64,000 bases of DNA from positions 96,001 through 160,000 of the forward strand of contig JBCCWC010000004.1 in assembly GCA_039194325.1 (NCBI GenBank), written 5' to 3'. The notes below the pieces were generated by a model. That model saw nothing but the letters and a program-made list of their open reading frames with translations, searched no databases and was not told the origin of the DNA. This DNA is from Myxococcota bacterium. Lineage in GTDB: Bacteria > Myxococcota_A > Polyangia > Nannocystales > Nannocystaceae. The position numbers and the translations under genes are program-made. Of the stretch, positions 52,262-63,999 are shown piece after piece (within the stretch, counting starts at the first letter, position 1; each line of letters opens with the position of its first letter).

Positions 52262-52290
52262 AAAAAAATCGTCGGACGCTCGATTTTTTT
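52262..52290. promoter_or_regulatory. AT-rich inverted repeat (binding site or weak terminator)
   Basis: AAAAAAATCG-N9-CGATTTTTTT. Confidence 0.45.
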
Positions 52291-52755
52291 TTGTGACCTC
52301 ACGCTTGAAATTTCGGTGGTGACCTCCGGGGGCTCGCGTCCTCACCCAAAACGGACGACCGGCCCCACCCCTAAGTGACACTGGATCGCTCATGTGTAAT
52401 TCACCGAGCCAGTGGGTGATTCAATGCGGACACTCTATGTCCGTGGCCCACGGCACCCACTTTTGTGGCCGTGTGGCCTTGGGTCCGACAAGCCTCAGGG
52501 TGTCGGAGACCCCGTCTCTCAAAAGCCTCAGATCCCTATCTAGGACGCTCTTCAAAGCAGTTGCGTACATAAACCTACATTGATCCTTCCGCAGTCGTTT
52601 GCGATGGTTGCTCTGCCGCTGCGGGGGGTTCATCCAGGGGTCTCGAGGATGGCCGCAGGGCGGGGCGCATGGACGCCCAAATCGAAGGATTTACTATTTC
52701 GGTGAGCACCGAAGACGGTGCCACTCTCACCAACTCCTTGGGGAGCGTTTGGACG

Positions 52756-55047
52756 ATGTACGTGCGCAGGAACATGAAGACGCTGGGACTCGGCACCGTG
52801 GCCGCCGGCCTGACGATGCTGGCCATGACGGGCTGTGGCGACCCTGATGCCAACGGGGACTGCATCTCCAACGAGAAGTTCTTCCAGGAGGAGGTCTACG
52901 TGCCGGTGCTGGCCCAGTCGTGCGCCAGCTGCCACGTCCCCTCCGGCCCGGCCAAGGACACCAGCTTCATCTTGCGCACCTCCGAGTGGGGCCCGGACTA
53001 CCTCGAGCAGAACCTCAAGGTGTTCGAGCAGATGGCCAAGCTCCAGTACGACGGCACGCCGTGGGTCGTCGCCAAGCCGACCGAGGCGGTCGAGCACGAG
53101 GGCGGCCTCCAGCTCCAGCGAGACAGCGAGGAGTACAACGCCTTCCTCGAGATGGTCGACCGCATCAACAACCCGGTCGCCTGCGACGAGGACGACGCGG
53201 CTGGCGAGTTCTTCGAGGGCGTCGATCTGCTCGACGAGGTGGCCACCCTGCGCAAGGCCAGCCTCTCCATCCTCGGCCGCCTGCCGACCACCGAGGAGGA
53301 GCAGCAGGTCCGCGACGGCGGCTTCGAAGCCCTCGACGCGGTGCTCGACCAGATGATGACCGACGAGGTCTTCTACGACCGCCTCATCGAGATCTACAAC
53401 GACCACTTCCTCACCGACCGGTACTACCCGGGCAGCGAGGCCCTGGCCCTGCTCGAGGCCCTCGAGGACGAGGACGAGAACCCGGTGTACCCGAACCTGC
53501 GCTGGTTCGACTCGCTGGGCGAAGAAGACGCGATCCGGGAGGAGCGAAACGCCAACGTCGGCATCGCCCGGCAGTCGCTCGAGCTCATCGCCCACGTGGT
53601 GCGCAACGACCTGCCCTACACCGAGATCCTCACCGCCGACTACACGATGGTCAACCAGGCGTCGGCCAGGAGCTACGGGGTCGAAGAGGGCCTCGACTTC
53701 CCCACGGGCGACGCCGACGATTTCGTCCCGGCGCAGATCCCCGGCATCCCCCACGCGGGCGTGCTGACCAACACCGTCTTCATGGTGCGGTTCCCGACCA
53801 CGCCGACCAACCGCAACCGTCACCGCGCCCGGATGCTCTTCCAGTTCTTCCTGGCCACCGACGTGCTGCGGCTGGGTGAGCGCCCCATCGACGCCACCGG
53901 CGACGGGATCCTCAACCCCACCATGAACAACACCGCGTGCGCCAACTGCCACGCCACCATCGACCCGCTGGCGGGCGCCCTGCAAAACTGGGACGTCGAA
54001 GGCCGGTACAACCCGCCCGAGGAGGGCTGGTTCACCGACATGCGGCAGCCGGGCTTCGGCGAAGCCGTCATGCCGCCCGAGGAGAACATCCGCGGCACCC
54101 AGTGGGCCGCCGAGGCGCTCGTCGCAGATCCGCGCTTCGCCATCGCCCCGGTGCACATCCTGTTCAAGGGCCTGTCCGGCCAGGAGCCGCTGCGCGAGCC
54201 CTCCGACGTCAACTCGGAGACCTACCTCCAGCAGATCCGCGCCTTCGACGTGCAGTCCAAGGTATTCCAGGGCATCGCCGACAAGTTCATCGAGGACGGC
54301 TGGAACATCAAGACGGTCGTCAAGGAGATCGTCAAGTCGCCCTACTACCGGGCCTACAACGCCGGCGAGCTCTCCGAGGAGCGCTTGGCCGAGCTGGCCG
54401 AGGTTGGCACCGGCCGCCTGCTCACCCCCGAGCAGCTCAATCGCAAGATCGAGTCCATCACCGGCCGGTCGTGGAGCAACGGCAACGGCAACTTCCTGCT
54501 GAGCGAGGACGAGTACCTGATCTTCTACGGCGGCATCAACTCCGACGACGTCACCACTCGCATCACCGAGCCCAACGGCATCATGGCCAACGTCGCGGCC
54601 CGCATGGCCAACGAGATGGCCTGCTGGACGGTGGCGCAGGACTTCACCAAGGATCCGACCGAGCGCCTGATGTTCCCCTTCGTCGAGACGCACTTCGAGC
54701 CGCTGGACGAGAACGGCTTCGAGGTCACCAGCTCGGCGGCCAATATCCGGGCCAACATCCAGTACCTGCACCAGCGGATGCTCGGCGAGTTCGTCGACCT
54801 CGACGACCCGGAGATCGAGCGCACCTACCAGCTGTACCTCGACGTGTGGGAGGCCGGCCGCGACGCCATCGCCACCGAGGAGGGCGTGGGCGCGGGCCTG
54901 AACGGCGCATGCCAGGCCACCACCGACGCCTCCGGCGAGCCCCTCCCCGAGGGACGCCAGATCACCGACGACCCCAACTACTCCATCCGGGCCTGGCAAG
55001 CCGTCATCAGCTACCTCCTGTCCGACTACCGCTTCCTTCACGAGTAG
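52756..55047 (+). CDS. DUF1592/1588-type lipoprotein with two CxxCH haem motifs
   Basis: MTGC lipobox, CASCH, CANCHATIDP, LRKASLSILGRLPT, ILTADY, HAGVLT, NRHRAR and RLLTPEQL motifs. Confidence 0.85.
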   Translation: MYVRRNMKTLGLGTVAAGLTMLAMTGCGDPDANGDCISNEKFFQEEVYVPVLAQSCASCHVPSGPAKDTSFILRTSEWGPDYLEQNLKVFEQMAKLQYDGTPWVVAKPTEAVEHEGGLQLQRDSEEYNAFLEMVDRINNPVACDEDDAAGEFFEGVDLLDEVATLRKASLSILGRLPTTEEEQQVRDGGFEALDAVLDQMMTDEVFYDRLIEIYNDHFLTDRYYPGSEALALLEALEDEDENPVYPNLRWFDSLGEEDAIREERNANVGIARQSLELIAHVVRNDLPYTEILTADYTMVNQASARSYGVEEGLDFPTGDADDFVPAQIPGIPHAGVLTNTVFMVRFPTTPTNRNRHRARMLFQFFLATDVLRLGERPIDATGDGILNPTMNNTACANCHATIDPLAGALQNWDVEGRYNPPEEGWFTDMRQPGFGEAVMPPEENIRGTQWAAEALVADPRFAIAPVHILFKGLSGQEPLREPSDVNSETYLQQIRAFDVQSKVFQGIADKFIEDGWNIKTVVKEIVKSPYYRAYNAGELSEERLAELAEVGTGRLLTPEQLNRKIESITGRSWSNGNGNFLLSEDEYLIFYGGINSDDVTTRITEPNGIMANVAARMANEMACWTVAQDFTKDPTERLMFPFVETHFEPLDENGFEVTSSAANIRANIQYLHQRMLGEFVDLDDPEIERTYQLYLDVWEAGRDAIATEEGVGAGLNGACQATTDASGEPLPEGRQITDDPNYSIRAWQAVISYLLSDYRFLHE

Positions 55048-55083
55048 TCCATCAACGGAACAAAGGAAAAAGGAGATCAAACC

Positions 55084-56391
55084 ATGGATCGCCGAAACTT
55101 CATCAAGCTTGCCTCCGCTGCTGGGCTCTCCGTCGTCTCCCCCGTCGTCTACGGCGAGCGAGGCATCAAGGCGCCACCCAAGAAGTCGCTCGCCCCCTAC
55201 GAGGGCAACCTGTTCCTGTTCCTCACCGCCAGCGGCGGCTGGGACGTCACCAGCCTGTGCGATCCCAAGGGGATGAACTACGAGGGTGACCCGGAGCGGA
55301 TGAACAACTACCTCATCGAGGACATCCAGGAGGCGGGCAACATCCGGTACGCGCCGGCGCCGCTCATCACCCCTGAGAACAGCACCGTGGACGGCGGTAC
55401 CGACTTCTTCCAGAAGCACTACGAAAACCTCATGGTCGTCAACGGCATCGACATGCTGACCAACGGCCACGACGCGGGCCGGCGCCACTGGTCCAGCGGT
55501 CGCCTCTCCGAGGGCTATCCCGCCATGGCCGCCTTCATGGCCGCCGCGTTCGGGGTGGAGCAGCCGCTCGCCTTCCTGAGCTTCGGCTCCTACTCGGAGA
55601 CCCAGGGCCTGGTCGCCCGGACCCGCTCGGGCAACATCGACGTGCTGCAGCGCCTGGCCTACCCCGCGCGGCAGAACCCCGACGACGACACCTCCGCGTT
55701 CCACAGCGAGGCCACCCAGGAGTACATCGCCCGCGCTCAGCGGGATCGCGAGGTCGCCCTGCTCGAGCGGCAGGGTCTGCCCCACATCCAGCAGTCGATG
55801 AACACCCTGTTCACCTCGCGCTCCGGCTCCAACGAGCTGCGCCGCCTCACCGACTTCCTGCCCGAGGAATTCTCGAACAACCCGGTCGGTCGACAGGCCC
55901 AGCTGGCGCTCGCCGCCTTCGCAGCCGGAGTCTGCGTGTCCGCCAACCTCAGCACCGGCGGCTTCGACACCCACGGTAACAACGACGAGGGTCAGAGCAA
56001 CAGCCTGGGCCGGCTGCTCACGGGGGTCGACGTCCTGTGGAACACCGCCAACGAGATGGGAATCGCCGACCGCGTGTTCTTGGCGATCGGCTCCGACTTC
56101 GGCCGCACGCCGGGCTACAACAGCGGCAACGGCAAGGACCACTGGCCCATCTCCAGCATGATGTTCATGGGCGCTGGCGTGCCGGGCAACCGGGTCATCG
56201 GCGAGTCCACGTTCCGCCACCAGGCGATCGGGGTCAACCTCGACACCCTGGCCAAGGACGACCGCGAAGAAGCACCTCACATCGAGCCGGGCAACATCTG
56301 CCAGGCGATCCGCGGTCTCGCCGGGCTACGCGAGTCGGAGCTGTCCGCCGCGTTCCCCATCGAGAACCAGGACATCCCGCTGTTCAGCTGA
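55084..56391 (+). CDS. DUF1501 domain protein with Tat signal
   Basis: MDRRNFIK, GGWD..SLCDPK, GGFDTH, SDFGRTP and GKDHWP motifs. AGGAG RBS. Confidence 0.9.
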   Translation: MDRRNFIKLASAAGLSVVSPVVYGERGIKAPPKKSLAPYEGNLFLFLTASGGWDVTSLCDPKGMNYEGDPERMNNYLIEDIQEAGNIRYAPAPLITPENSTVDGGTDFFQKHYENLMVVNGIDMLTNGHDAGRRHWSSGRLSEGYPAMAAFMAAAFGVEQPLAFLSFGSYSETQGLVARTRSGNIDVLQRLAYPARQNPDDDTSAFHSEATQEYIARAQRDREVALLERQGLPHIQQSMNTLFTSRSGSNELRRLTDFLPEEFSNNPVGRQAQLALAAFAAGVCVSANLSTGGFDTHGNNDEGQSNSLGRLLTGVDVLWNTANEMGIADRVFLAIGSDFGRTPGYNSGNGKDHWPISSMMFMGAGVPGNRVIGESTFRHQAIGVNLDTLAKDDREEAPHIEPGNICQAIRGLAGLRESELSAAFPIENQDIPLFS

Positions 56392-56400
56392 GTGGTTCAC

Positions 56401-56451
56401 GCCGAGACCGGATTACGATGCGCGACTTGGTCGCGCCCGGTCTCGGCCTTG
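56401..56451. repeat. Diverged REP-like hairpin copy
   Basis: GCCGAGACCGG...GCGCGAC-TTG-GTCGCGC-CCGGTCTCGGC, starting 10 nt after the DUF1501 stop. Confidence 0.8.
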
Positions 56452-56579
56452 CTGAGTAACGCACGCGGGTACTCCGGTACACGCACTCCGAGGGTCGGGT
56501 GGCGCCAAGGCGCTCCCGGCCCTCGCCGCGTTGGGCCGGCCACGAACGGAGCTGCTATGCTCTGCGCTCGTCGCTCGGC

Positions 56580-57110
56580 ATGGGCTATCTCTTCCTCATC
56601 GTGGCCGGATGGGCCACCTATGGGATCTACCGGATGATGCGCTCCGGCCGGGAGAACCAGCGCTACCTGGCCGAGGCGCGACACGAGGCGCCGCTCCACA
56701 CCGAACACCTCTCCCCCCCCATGGCCGCTCTTGTGCAGGAGACCCGGCTGCTGCGGATCAGCCTCGAAGCCCCGGTACGCCAGGTCAAAGAGCTCATCGT
56801 CGGAGACCTCGACACCGCGAGCACCGAAGACCTCGACGCGTTCGACAACATGCTGATGAACATCAGCCGGCAGCTGGCCGACTGGCTCCACATGGTGGAG
56901 CGACTGCCCGAGGCAGAGCAGGCCTTGCTCGCCGACCTGGGCCTGAGCGCGGAGCCGATCCGACAGATGCTGATCCGAGAGGGGTGGTCCTTCGATCGCA
57001 AGAACCTGCGATGGCCCGGCGAGCCGATGAATCAGCGGATCGAGCACGTGATCGCGGAGCTTCGGCGGGTCGAGACCCAGATGCAGACCACCCGACGGGT
57101 CTATCGCTGA
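56580..57110 (+). CDS. Hypothetical protein with N-terminal membrane anchor
   Basis: MGYLFLIVAGWATYGIY TM segment, helical body, host-like codon usage. Confidence 0.7.
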   Translation: MGYLFLIVAGWATYGIYRMMRSGRENQRYLAEARHEAPLHTEHLSPPMAALVQETRLLRISLEAPVRQVKELIVGDLDTASTEDLDAFDNMLMNISRQLADWLHMVERLPEAEQALLADLGLSAEPIRQMLIREGWSFDRKNLRWPGEPMNQRIEHVIAELRRVETQMQTTRRVYR

Positions 57111-57645
57111 CGACCCGCCCCTTAGGGGCTCGCTCGCGCCAGCATGCAGCGCTCGACCCCCTGGGGATCGGGCGCTGATCAATTGGTCCTGCCTCCAACC
57201 TCTCGGGCAGCCCGTCGCGTACGGGCGGACCAACTCGATCCGAGGAACGATCTCGACCGGTCGCTTCGTCCTGAGCCAATGGAGCAAGGCGCGTCACCGG
57301 ACGATCGACACGCTCGACGAATGACGCCCAACGTCGCTCTCGATGTGGTTTTTTTCCCTAGGATCGGAGACAAAGGGTCCCCGAGTGGAACAAGATGAGT
57401 GGGCCGACGATGAGCAGAGCACCGACCAAGAACGGGGGCGAGGAGCGCCCCACCCGCCGGGCTCGTCCATTCGTTCGACTGACCGCTCCCGCACCACACG
57501 GGGCGGTGGCAGATCGCGACACCGCTGGTGTTGGATCCTGCGACACTTTCCACCGCTGCGGACCGCAACCTCCCGAGGTGCTGTGCTGGTTCGCACCATG
57601 CACCGACGTGGGTCTGACTATCCCCGCAGACCCAACGTCTCACCC

Positions 57646-57741
57646 ATGCTGATGTTGACCCCGATCACGATCACCATCGCCCTGATGTGCTGTGCTTTCG
57701 TCGTGGCCATTGCCTACGTGGCCATCGACGAGCACATCTGA
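57646..57741 (+). CDS. Putative 31-aa single-TM small protein
   Basis: MLMLTPITITIALMCCAFVVAIAYVAIDEHI, with mostly G/C-ending codons. Confidence 0.45.
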   Translation: MLMLTPITITIALMCCAFVVAIAYVAIDEHI

Positions 57742-57893
57742 CCGAGCAGGGCGCTCGCCGCCGGCCAGGCCTTGCGCCAGCCGCCCACCCGGCAAGCCCC
57801 TGCCCTGGCCGCGGCCATTGGCGCTCATTGTTCCTGGAACAAACGCGCGCGCGAGCTCCGTTCCCAAAGCTCGCCGAGCCGCGCGAACTTCGT

Positions 57894-59084
57894 TCAGCCG
57901 CCGATCACGCCGAGCTCGCGGCCGATCTTGGCAAAGGCCGCCAGCGCACGATCGATGTCGGCGTCGGAGTGGGCGGCCGAGAGCTGAACCCGGATCCGAG
58001 CCTGGCCCTTGGGCACCACCGGATAGCTGAAGCCGATCACGTAGATCCCCTCGTCGAGGAGCTTGGCGGCGAACTCCACGGCCAAGCGCGCCTCGCCGAG
58101 CATGATCGGCACGATCGGATGCACGCCGGGCCGAATGGCAAAACCAGCCGCCGTCATTCCCTCGCGGAAGCGGGTGGTGTTGCGCTCGAGTCGATCTCGC
58201 AGCTCGGTGGTCTGGCTGAGGCGGTCGAGCACGGCGAGGCTGCCGGCCACGATCGGGGGCGCGAGGGTGTTGCTGAACAGATAGGGCCGCGACCGGTTGC
58301 GCAACACATCGATGATCTCCTTGCGACCGGTGGTAAAGCCGCCCGAGGCCCCGCCCAGCGCCTTGCCCAGGGTGGAGGTGATCACGTCGACTCGCTCCAT
58401 CACTGCGCAGTGCTCGTGGGTACCTCGGCCGGTCTTGCCCACGAAGCCGGTGGCGTGGCTGTCGTCGACTGTGACCATGGCGCCGTACTTCTCGGCCAGA
58501 TCGCAGATCGGCTCCAGGCGGGCGATGTCGCCGTCCATGCTGAACACCCCGTCGGTGGCGATCATGCGCAGGCGGGCCGACTGGGTCTCCTTGAGGATCC
58601 GCTCGAGGTCTTCGAGGTCGTCGTGCACGAAGCGATGGCGCTGCGCCTTGCACAGCCGGATCCCGTCGATGATGGAGGCGTGGTTGAGCGCGTCGGAGAT
58701 CACCGCATCTTCTGGCCCTAGCAGGGTCTCGAACAGGCCGCCGTTGGCGTCGAAGCACGAGCTGTAGAGGATCGTGTCCTCGGTGCCGAGGAACGAGGCG
58801 ATCTTGGCCTCGAGCTCCTTGTGGCGATCTTGGGTGCCGCAGATGAAGCGTACGCTCGACAGGCCATAGCCCCGCTCGTCGAGCGCGGCATGGGCCGCGG
58901 CGATGAGGGAGGGATCGCCCGAGAGCCCCAGGTAGTTGTTCGCACAGAAGTTGAGCACCTCACCGCTGCCGACCGAGATCGTCGCCCCTTGCGGCGAGGT
59001 GATGATGCGCTCGTCCTTGTAGAGGCCCGCGTCGCGGATCTCCTTGATGATGGCGGCGTAGTGCTCCTTGGCCTGGCTGAACAT
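57894..59084 (-). CDS. kbl: Glycine C-acetyltransferase (2-amino-3-ketobutyrate CoA ligase)
   Basis: [49 protein letters not shown] and [11 protein letters not shown] motifs. Confidence 0.96.
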   Translation of the reverse strand: MFSQAKEHYAAIIKEIRDAGLYKDERIITSPQGATISVGSGEVLNFCANNYLGLSGDPSLIAAAHAALDERGYGLSSVRFICGTQDRHKELEAKIASFLGTEDTILYSSCFDANGGLFETLLGPEDAVISDALNHASIIDGIRLCKAQRHRFVHDDLEDLERILKETQSARLRMIATDGVFSMDGDIARLEPICDLAEKYGAMVTVDDSHATGFVGKTGRGTHEHCAVMERVDVITSTLGKALGGASGGFTTGRKEIIDVLRNRSRPYLFSNTLAPPIVAGSLAVLDRLSQTTELRDRLERNTTRFREGMTAAGFAIRPGVHPIVPIMLGEARLAVEFAAKLLDEGIYVIGFSYPVVPKGQARIRVQLSAAHSDADIDRALAAFAKIGRELGVIGG

Positions 59085-59168
59085 GTCCGGTCTCCGTGGG
59101 GAAGGGGGGAAGGGGCGGAAGGGGCGGGAAGAGGAAAGGGGGCGGGTCAGCCGGCGGCGCACCAGCGC

Positions 59169-60524
59169 TCAGTCGCCCAAGCCGACGCGTAGCCGCCCCA
59201 CGGTACCGCTCCCGAGATTGGTGTAGTAGAGGTAGTCGTTGCCGAAGTCGCCGCGGCCAAAGCTGACGTTGACGAAGCCCGAGAGATCGCCCGGCGGGTT
59301 GTCGAAGGTGCGGGTGATCTCGGCGGGGCCATCCCCGGCAAATCGCGCCATGAACAGCGTGCCCGCGTTGGGACAGCCCACCCACAGGTTGCTGCCCTCG
59401 TCGAAGACCAAGCCGTCCACCTCGTAGGTCACGCCGGTATCGTCGCCCAGGTCGAGGTAGTCGAGGGGCTCCCCGGCCATTCCCCCGTCGATGAGCGGCA
59501 CCCGCCACACGTGCCCCACCGTGCCCACGTAGAGGGTGTTGCCCTCGGGGCCCAGCGCCAGGGCGTTGGGATTGACCAGCCCGGGGTCGTCGAGGAACAC
59601 CGAAGCAGAGCCCGGCCCGCCGTCCTCGCCGCCTTGGTAGTAGAGCACCGTCTGGTCGAGCCGGGTCGAGACGAACAGGTCATCGCCGTCGGCCAGCGGG
59701 AAGTTCACCGCGCCTAGCGGGCTCCCGCCGATCGAGTCGAAGAGCACGCTGACCGCCCCCGAGAGCGCGTCGATCCGCTGCACGCTGCCCAGCCCGGCGT
59801 TGGCGACGAGCACCGTGTCGTCCGTGAAATCTGCCCCGACGGGAGCACCCCCCAGATCATAGGACTCCACGAACTCGCCGTTGTCGTTGAACAGGGACAC
59901 GAAGCCCTCGGTGGACACCACGTACATACCCAGGCCGCCGAAGGTCAGCCCCTCGGTCGTGCCCAGCTGTGTGGGATCGGCAATGTCCGGCAGCCCGTTC
60001 TCGAACACGGCCTCGATGACGTCGACCTCCCACACCTCGCTCAGGGTGACGCCGTTGCGGGTGGCATCCAGGCGCAACGCGATCGTCTCTCCAGCCGGGG
60101 TGTCGGCCGGCACGACCACCCCGATGCTGAGGCTGTCGCCGCCGAGGATCTCCACCGACGGGCCAGATTCCTGGGACCACACGAACTCGTCGGCCTCCAC
60201 CTCGACCTCGTGAGGCACCAACAGACCCGCGAGCACGGCTCGGTCCTCGCCAATGTCGATCTGAGGGCCTTGCACGCAGGTCCCCTCCACGCAAAAAAGG
60301 CCCCCCTCGCAGCCGTCGTTGAGGCAGATGCAGCCCATCGCCCCGGGCACGCAGCTGGTGTCTGGCCCTTCGGTGTCCAGGCCGACTGTGTCGTCTGCGC
60401 TGCCATCATCGGCTGTTCCCGCGCTCGATGTACCCGGGGGCGGCTGCCCCGAAGCGCCATCGTCACCGCAGGCGGTCAAACCGATGCCAAGACAAAGAGT
60501 CAGACAATTCCGAGTCCAAACCAC
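59169..60524 (-). CDS. SMP-30/gluconolactonase-like beta-propeller lipoprotein
   Basis: LTAC lipobox, Cys knot, PKD-like WSQESGP, TEG, NPNALAL, VDGLVFDEGSNLWV and NVSFG motifs. Confidence 0.78.
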   Translation of the reverse strand: MVWTRNCLTLCLGIGLTACGDDGASGQPPPGTSSAGTADDGSADDTVGLDTEGPDTSCVPGAMGCICLNDGCEGGLFCVEGTCVQGPQIDIGEDRAVLAGLLVPHEVEVEADEFVWSQESGPSVEILGGDSLSIGVVVPADTPAGETIALRLDATRNGVTLSEVWEVDVIEAVFENGLPDIADPTQLGTTEGLTFGGLGMYVVSTEGFVSLFNDNGEFVESYDLGGAPVGADFTDDTVLVANAGLGSVQRIDALSGAVSVLFDSIGGSPLGAVNFPLADGDDLFVSTRLDQTVLYYQGGEDGGPGSASVFLDDPGLVNPNALALGPEGNTLYVGTVGHVWRVPLIDGGMAGEPLDYLDLGDDTGVTYEVDGLVFDEGSNLWVGCPNAGTLFMARFAGDGPAEITRTFDNPPGDLSGFVNVSFGRGDFGNDYLYYTNLGSGTVGRLRVGLGD

Positions 60525-60626
60525 GCTGAGATTGTACCCGAGCGGGCCATCGAGGGCCGGGGGCGCAGAGCGACGCCAGCGTCGTCGGGATCCCCCAGGC
60601 TCGATCGGATCTTGCGTTGGTCTCGC

Positions 60627-61475
60627 TCAGTCGCTCCGCACGATGTCGTCCGACGTACGCGGCAGCACCACCGGGCGCCCGTCTCCGATCTCCACGACCC
60701 CGGTCAAACGCCGCAGGCGCGTTCCCGGCATCAGCTGGAGGTCCTTGAGATCAAAGGGGCGAAGATCGACGAGCACGGACTCACCGCTGACCCGGTCGCG
60801 CGCCTGGACAACCCCCGGAACCGGCCAAAAACCCACGCGGAGATCTTCGAGCGCCGAGACCTCCACCAAGGTGTCATCGAGCTCGACCGCCGTTGAGACG
60901 TGCAGCGCCGCCATGTCGACGGGCCGGGCCTCGAGCCCGTCGTGGCGCGGACCGTTGAACGATTGCTCGAGCTCGAGCGACCAGCCCTGCGCGTCGTGGC
61001 GCACCCAACCGACCAGGTCTTGCCAGCGATCGGGCTCGGGGAGGGCCATGCCCGGCGTGACCTCGATCCGCAGGCCCGTGTGCGCCTCGGCCAGAGGATC
61101 TTGCACATAGAACCACTCACGGTCGCCGAAAGCCGCCCGCTCGGTGGTGGGTGGGACCTGCTCGACGATGATCCATGTGTTCGGGGGCACCTGACCCTTC
61201 TTGATGTCCGGGATGTGCGCTGCCAGCGGCAGGTCGTCGGACATGCCAAAGCCCGTGTCCTCCTCTACGCTGCCCGATTCGTCGCTCCCGTAGTGGGCAG
61301 GACTGGCGGTGGTCCCGCCCTCTCCGCCATCGACACCGCGCGCCCCGCCGTCGCCATCGCCCGTCCCCTGCCCCGCCTCGTCTTGGAGGTCGAAATCAGC
61401 CTCTTGGAGGGATCCGGTACAGCCGGCCAGCGCCGTGCCCAACGCCACCACAAGCAAGCCAAATCGGTAGGTCAT
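60627..61475 (-). CDS. Hypothetical lipoprotein, possibly tandem OB-fold
   Basis: LAGC lipobox, WFYVQDP...GLRI, LTGVV and VLPRTSDDI, resembling OB modules of secreted nucleases. Confidence 0.6.
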   Translation of the reverse strand: MTYRFGLLVVALGTALAGCTGSLQEADFDLQDEAGQGTGDGDGGARGVDGGEGGTTASPAHYGSDESGSVEEDTGFGMSDDLPLAAHIPDIKKGQVPPNTWIIVEQVPPTTERAAFGDREWFYVQDPLAEAHTGLRIEVTPGMALPEPDRWQDLVGWVRHDAQGWSLELEQSFNGPRHDGLEARPVDMAALHVSTAVELDDTLVEVSALEDLRVGFWPVPGVVQARDRVSGESVLVDLRPFDLKDLQLMPGTRLRRLTGVVEIGDGRPVVLPRTSDDIVRSD

Positions 61476-61536
61476 TATGGTTCGAGTATAGCCGCAACCA
61501 CGCCGATGCGCCGGTCGACCATCGACCGAGCGGCAT

Positions 61537-62502
61537 TCACCGAGGAGCGAGGCCGTGCTCTAGACTACGCGCAAGCATGGCCCGAATGCGCGGGACCAGA
61601 TCATCGGTCATCGCATCGAGATCGAATTGCGGTGCCCACGACCAATCCGACTGGGCCGCACGGTCGTCGAGTGAGTCGGGCCACGAGTCGAGGATCGCCT
61701 GGCGAGCCAGATCCGGAGCAAAAGTGATCTGCACGTCGGGCAGCACCCGGGTCACGCTGTCGGCGATCTGCTGGGCGGTGGGGCTGAACGCGGCGATGTT
61801 GTAGACCGAACGGTGCAAAGAGGCCCGCTTGGCCTCCGACAGCTCCACCAGGGCCCGGACCGCGTCGGGCATGTACATCAGGGGGATCCGCGTGTCCGGC
61901 CGGCAGAAGGCCTGGTAGGCCCCTGCGCGCACGCCATCGACATACATGTAGAGGGCGTAGTCGCTGGTGCCTCCCCCCGGCAACGACGCGCTGATGAGCC
62001 CGGGGAAGCGTACCCCGCGGAAGTCGAGCCCGTAGCGCCGTTGGTAGTACTCGCCGAGCAGCTCCCCCGCGACCTTGGTGACGCCATACATCGTCGTCGG
62101 GTGCAGGGGCACGTCGTCGGCCACCTGCGCGGGCAAGCCCGGGCCATACACTGCGATCGTGCTGGTGAACACCACCTGCTCCACGCCGCGACGCCGGCAG
62201 GCCTCGAGCACGTTGTAGGTCCCGTGCTGGTTGACCGCATAGGTGCGCGCCGGATCGGCCTCCCCCCGCGCGCTGAGGATCGCGGCGAGGTGAACGACGC
62301 GCTCTACCTTCAGGTCGCCCAGCAACCCCTCGACCCGCTCGGCGTCGGTGACGTCGAGCGAGTGCCAGGGGATCTGGGCGTCGAGCTCGTTGGGCCTTCG
62401 CGCCACGTCGCTGCCGTGAACCTCGTGTCCTCGTCGCTGCAGCTCCGCGATCAGATCCTGCCCGACCTGCCCACCTGCCCCCGTGACCAGTGTTCGCATC
62501 AT
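61537..62502 (-). CDS. tdh: L-threonine 3-dehydrogenase, SDR type
   Basis: TGAGGQVG, HLAAILSARGE, STIAVYG, MYGVTK, PGGGTSDYA, MYMPDA and RQAILDSWP motifs. kbl is nearby. Confidence 0.88.
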   Translation of the reverse strand: MMRTLVTGAGGQVGQDLIAELQRRGHEVHGSDVARRPNELDAQIPWHSLDVTDAERVEGLLGDLKVERVVHLAAILSARGEADPARTYAVNQHGTYNVLEACRRRGVEQVVFTSTIAVYGPGLPAQVADDVPLHPTTMYGVTKVAGELLGEYYQRRYGLDFRGVRFPGLISASLPGGGTSDYALYMYVDGVRAGAYQAFCRPDTRIPLMYMPDAVRALVELSEAKRASLHRSVYNIAAFSPTAQQIADSVTRVLPDVQITFAPDLARQAILDSWPDSLDDRAAQSDWSWAPQFDLDAMTDDLVPRIRAMLARSLEHGLAPR

Positions 62503-62652
62503 CCCCTGGCGCGGGCTTTCGTGCGCCACGCCCCATGATCATCGCGGCCCGCCCGGGTCCCGGCAAGCGAGCTTACCTCCAGGCCCGTGGGTGCCCTCAC
62601 ATCGCGCGTCCACCTGCGCGTCCACCTGCGTCCCGGCGCCGGGTCGTTGCCC

Positions 62653-63999
<1,347 letters not shown>

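Noticed and set aside
52630..56280. 1216-aa minus-strand ORF and many similar long overlapping ORFs (e.g. 46390-48381, 17971-19539, 14825-16393)
   Set aside because: They are antisense or off-frame shadows of motif-supported genes, expected at high GC, and have no recognisable motifs.
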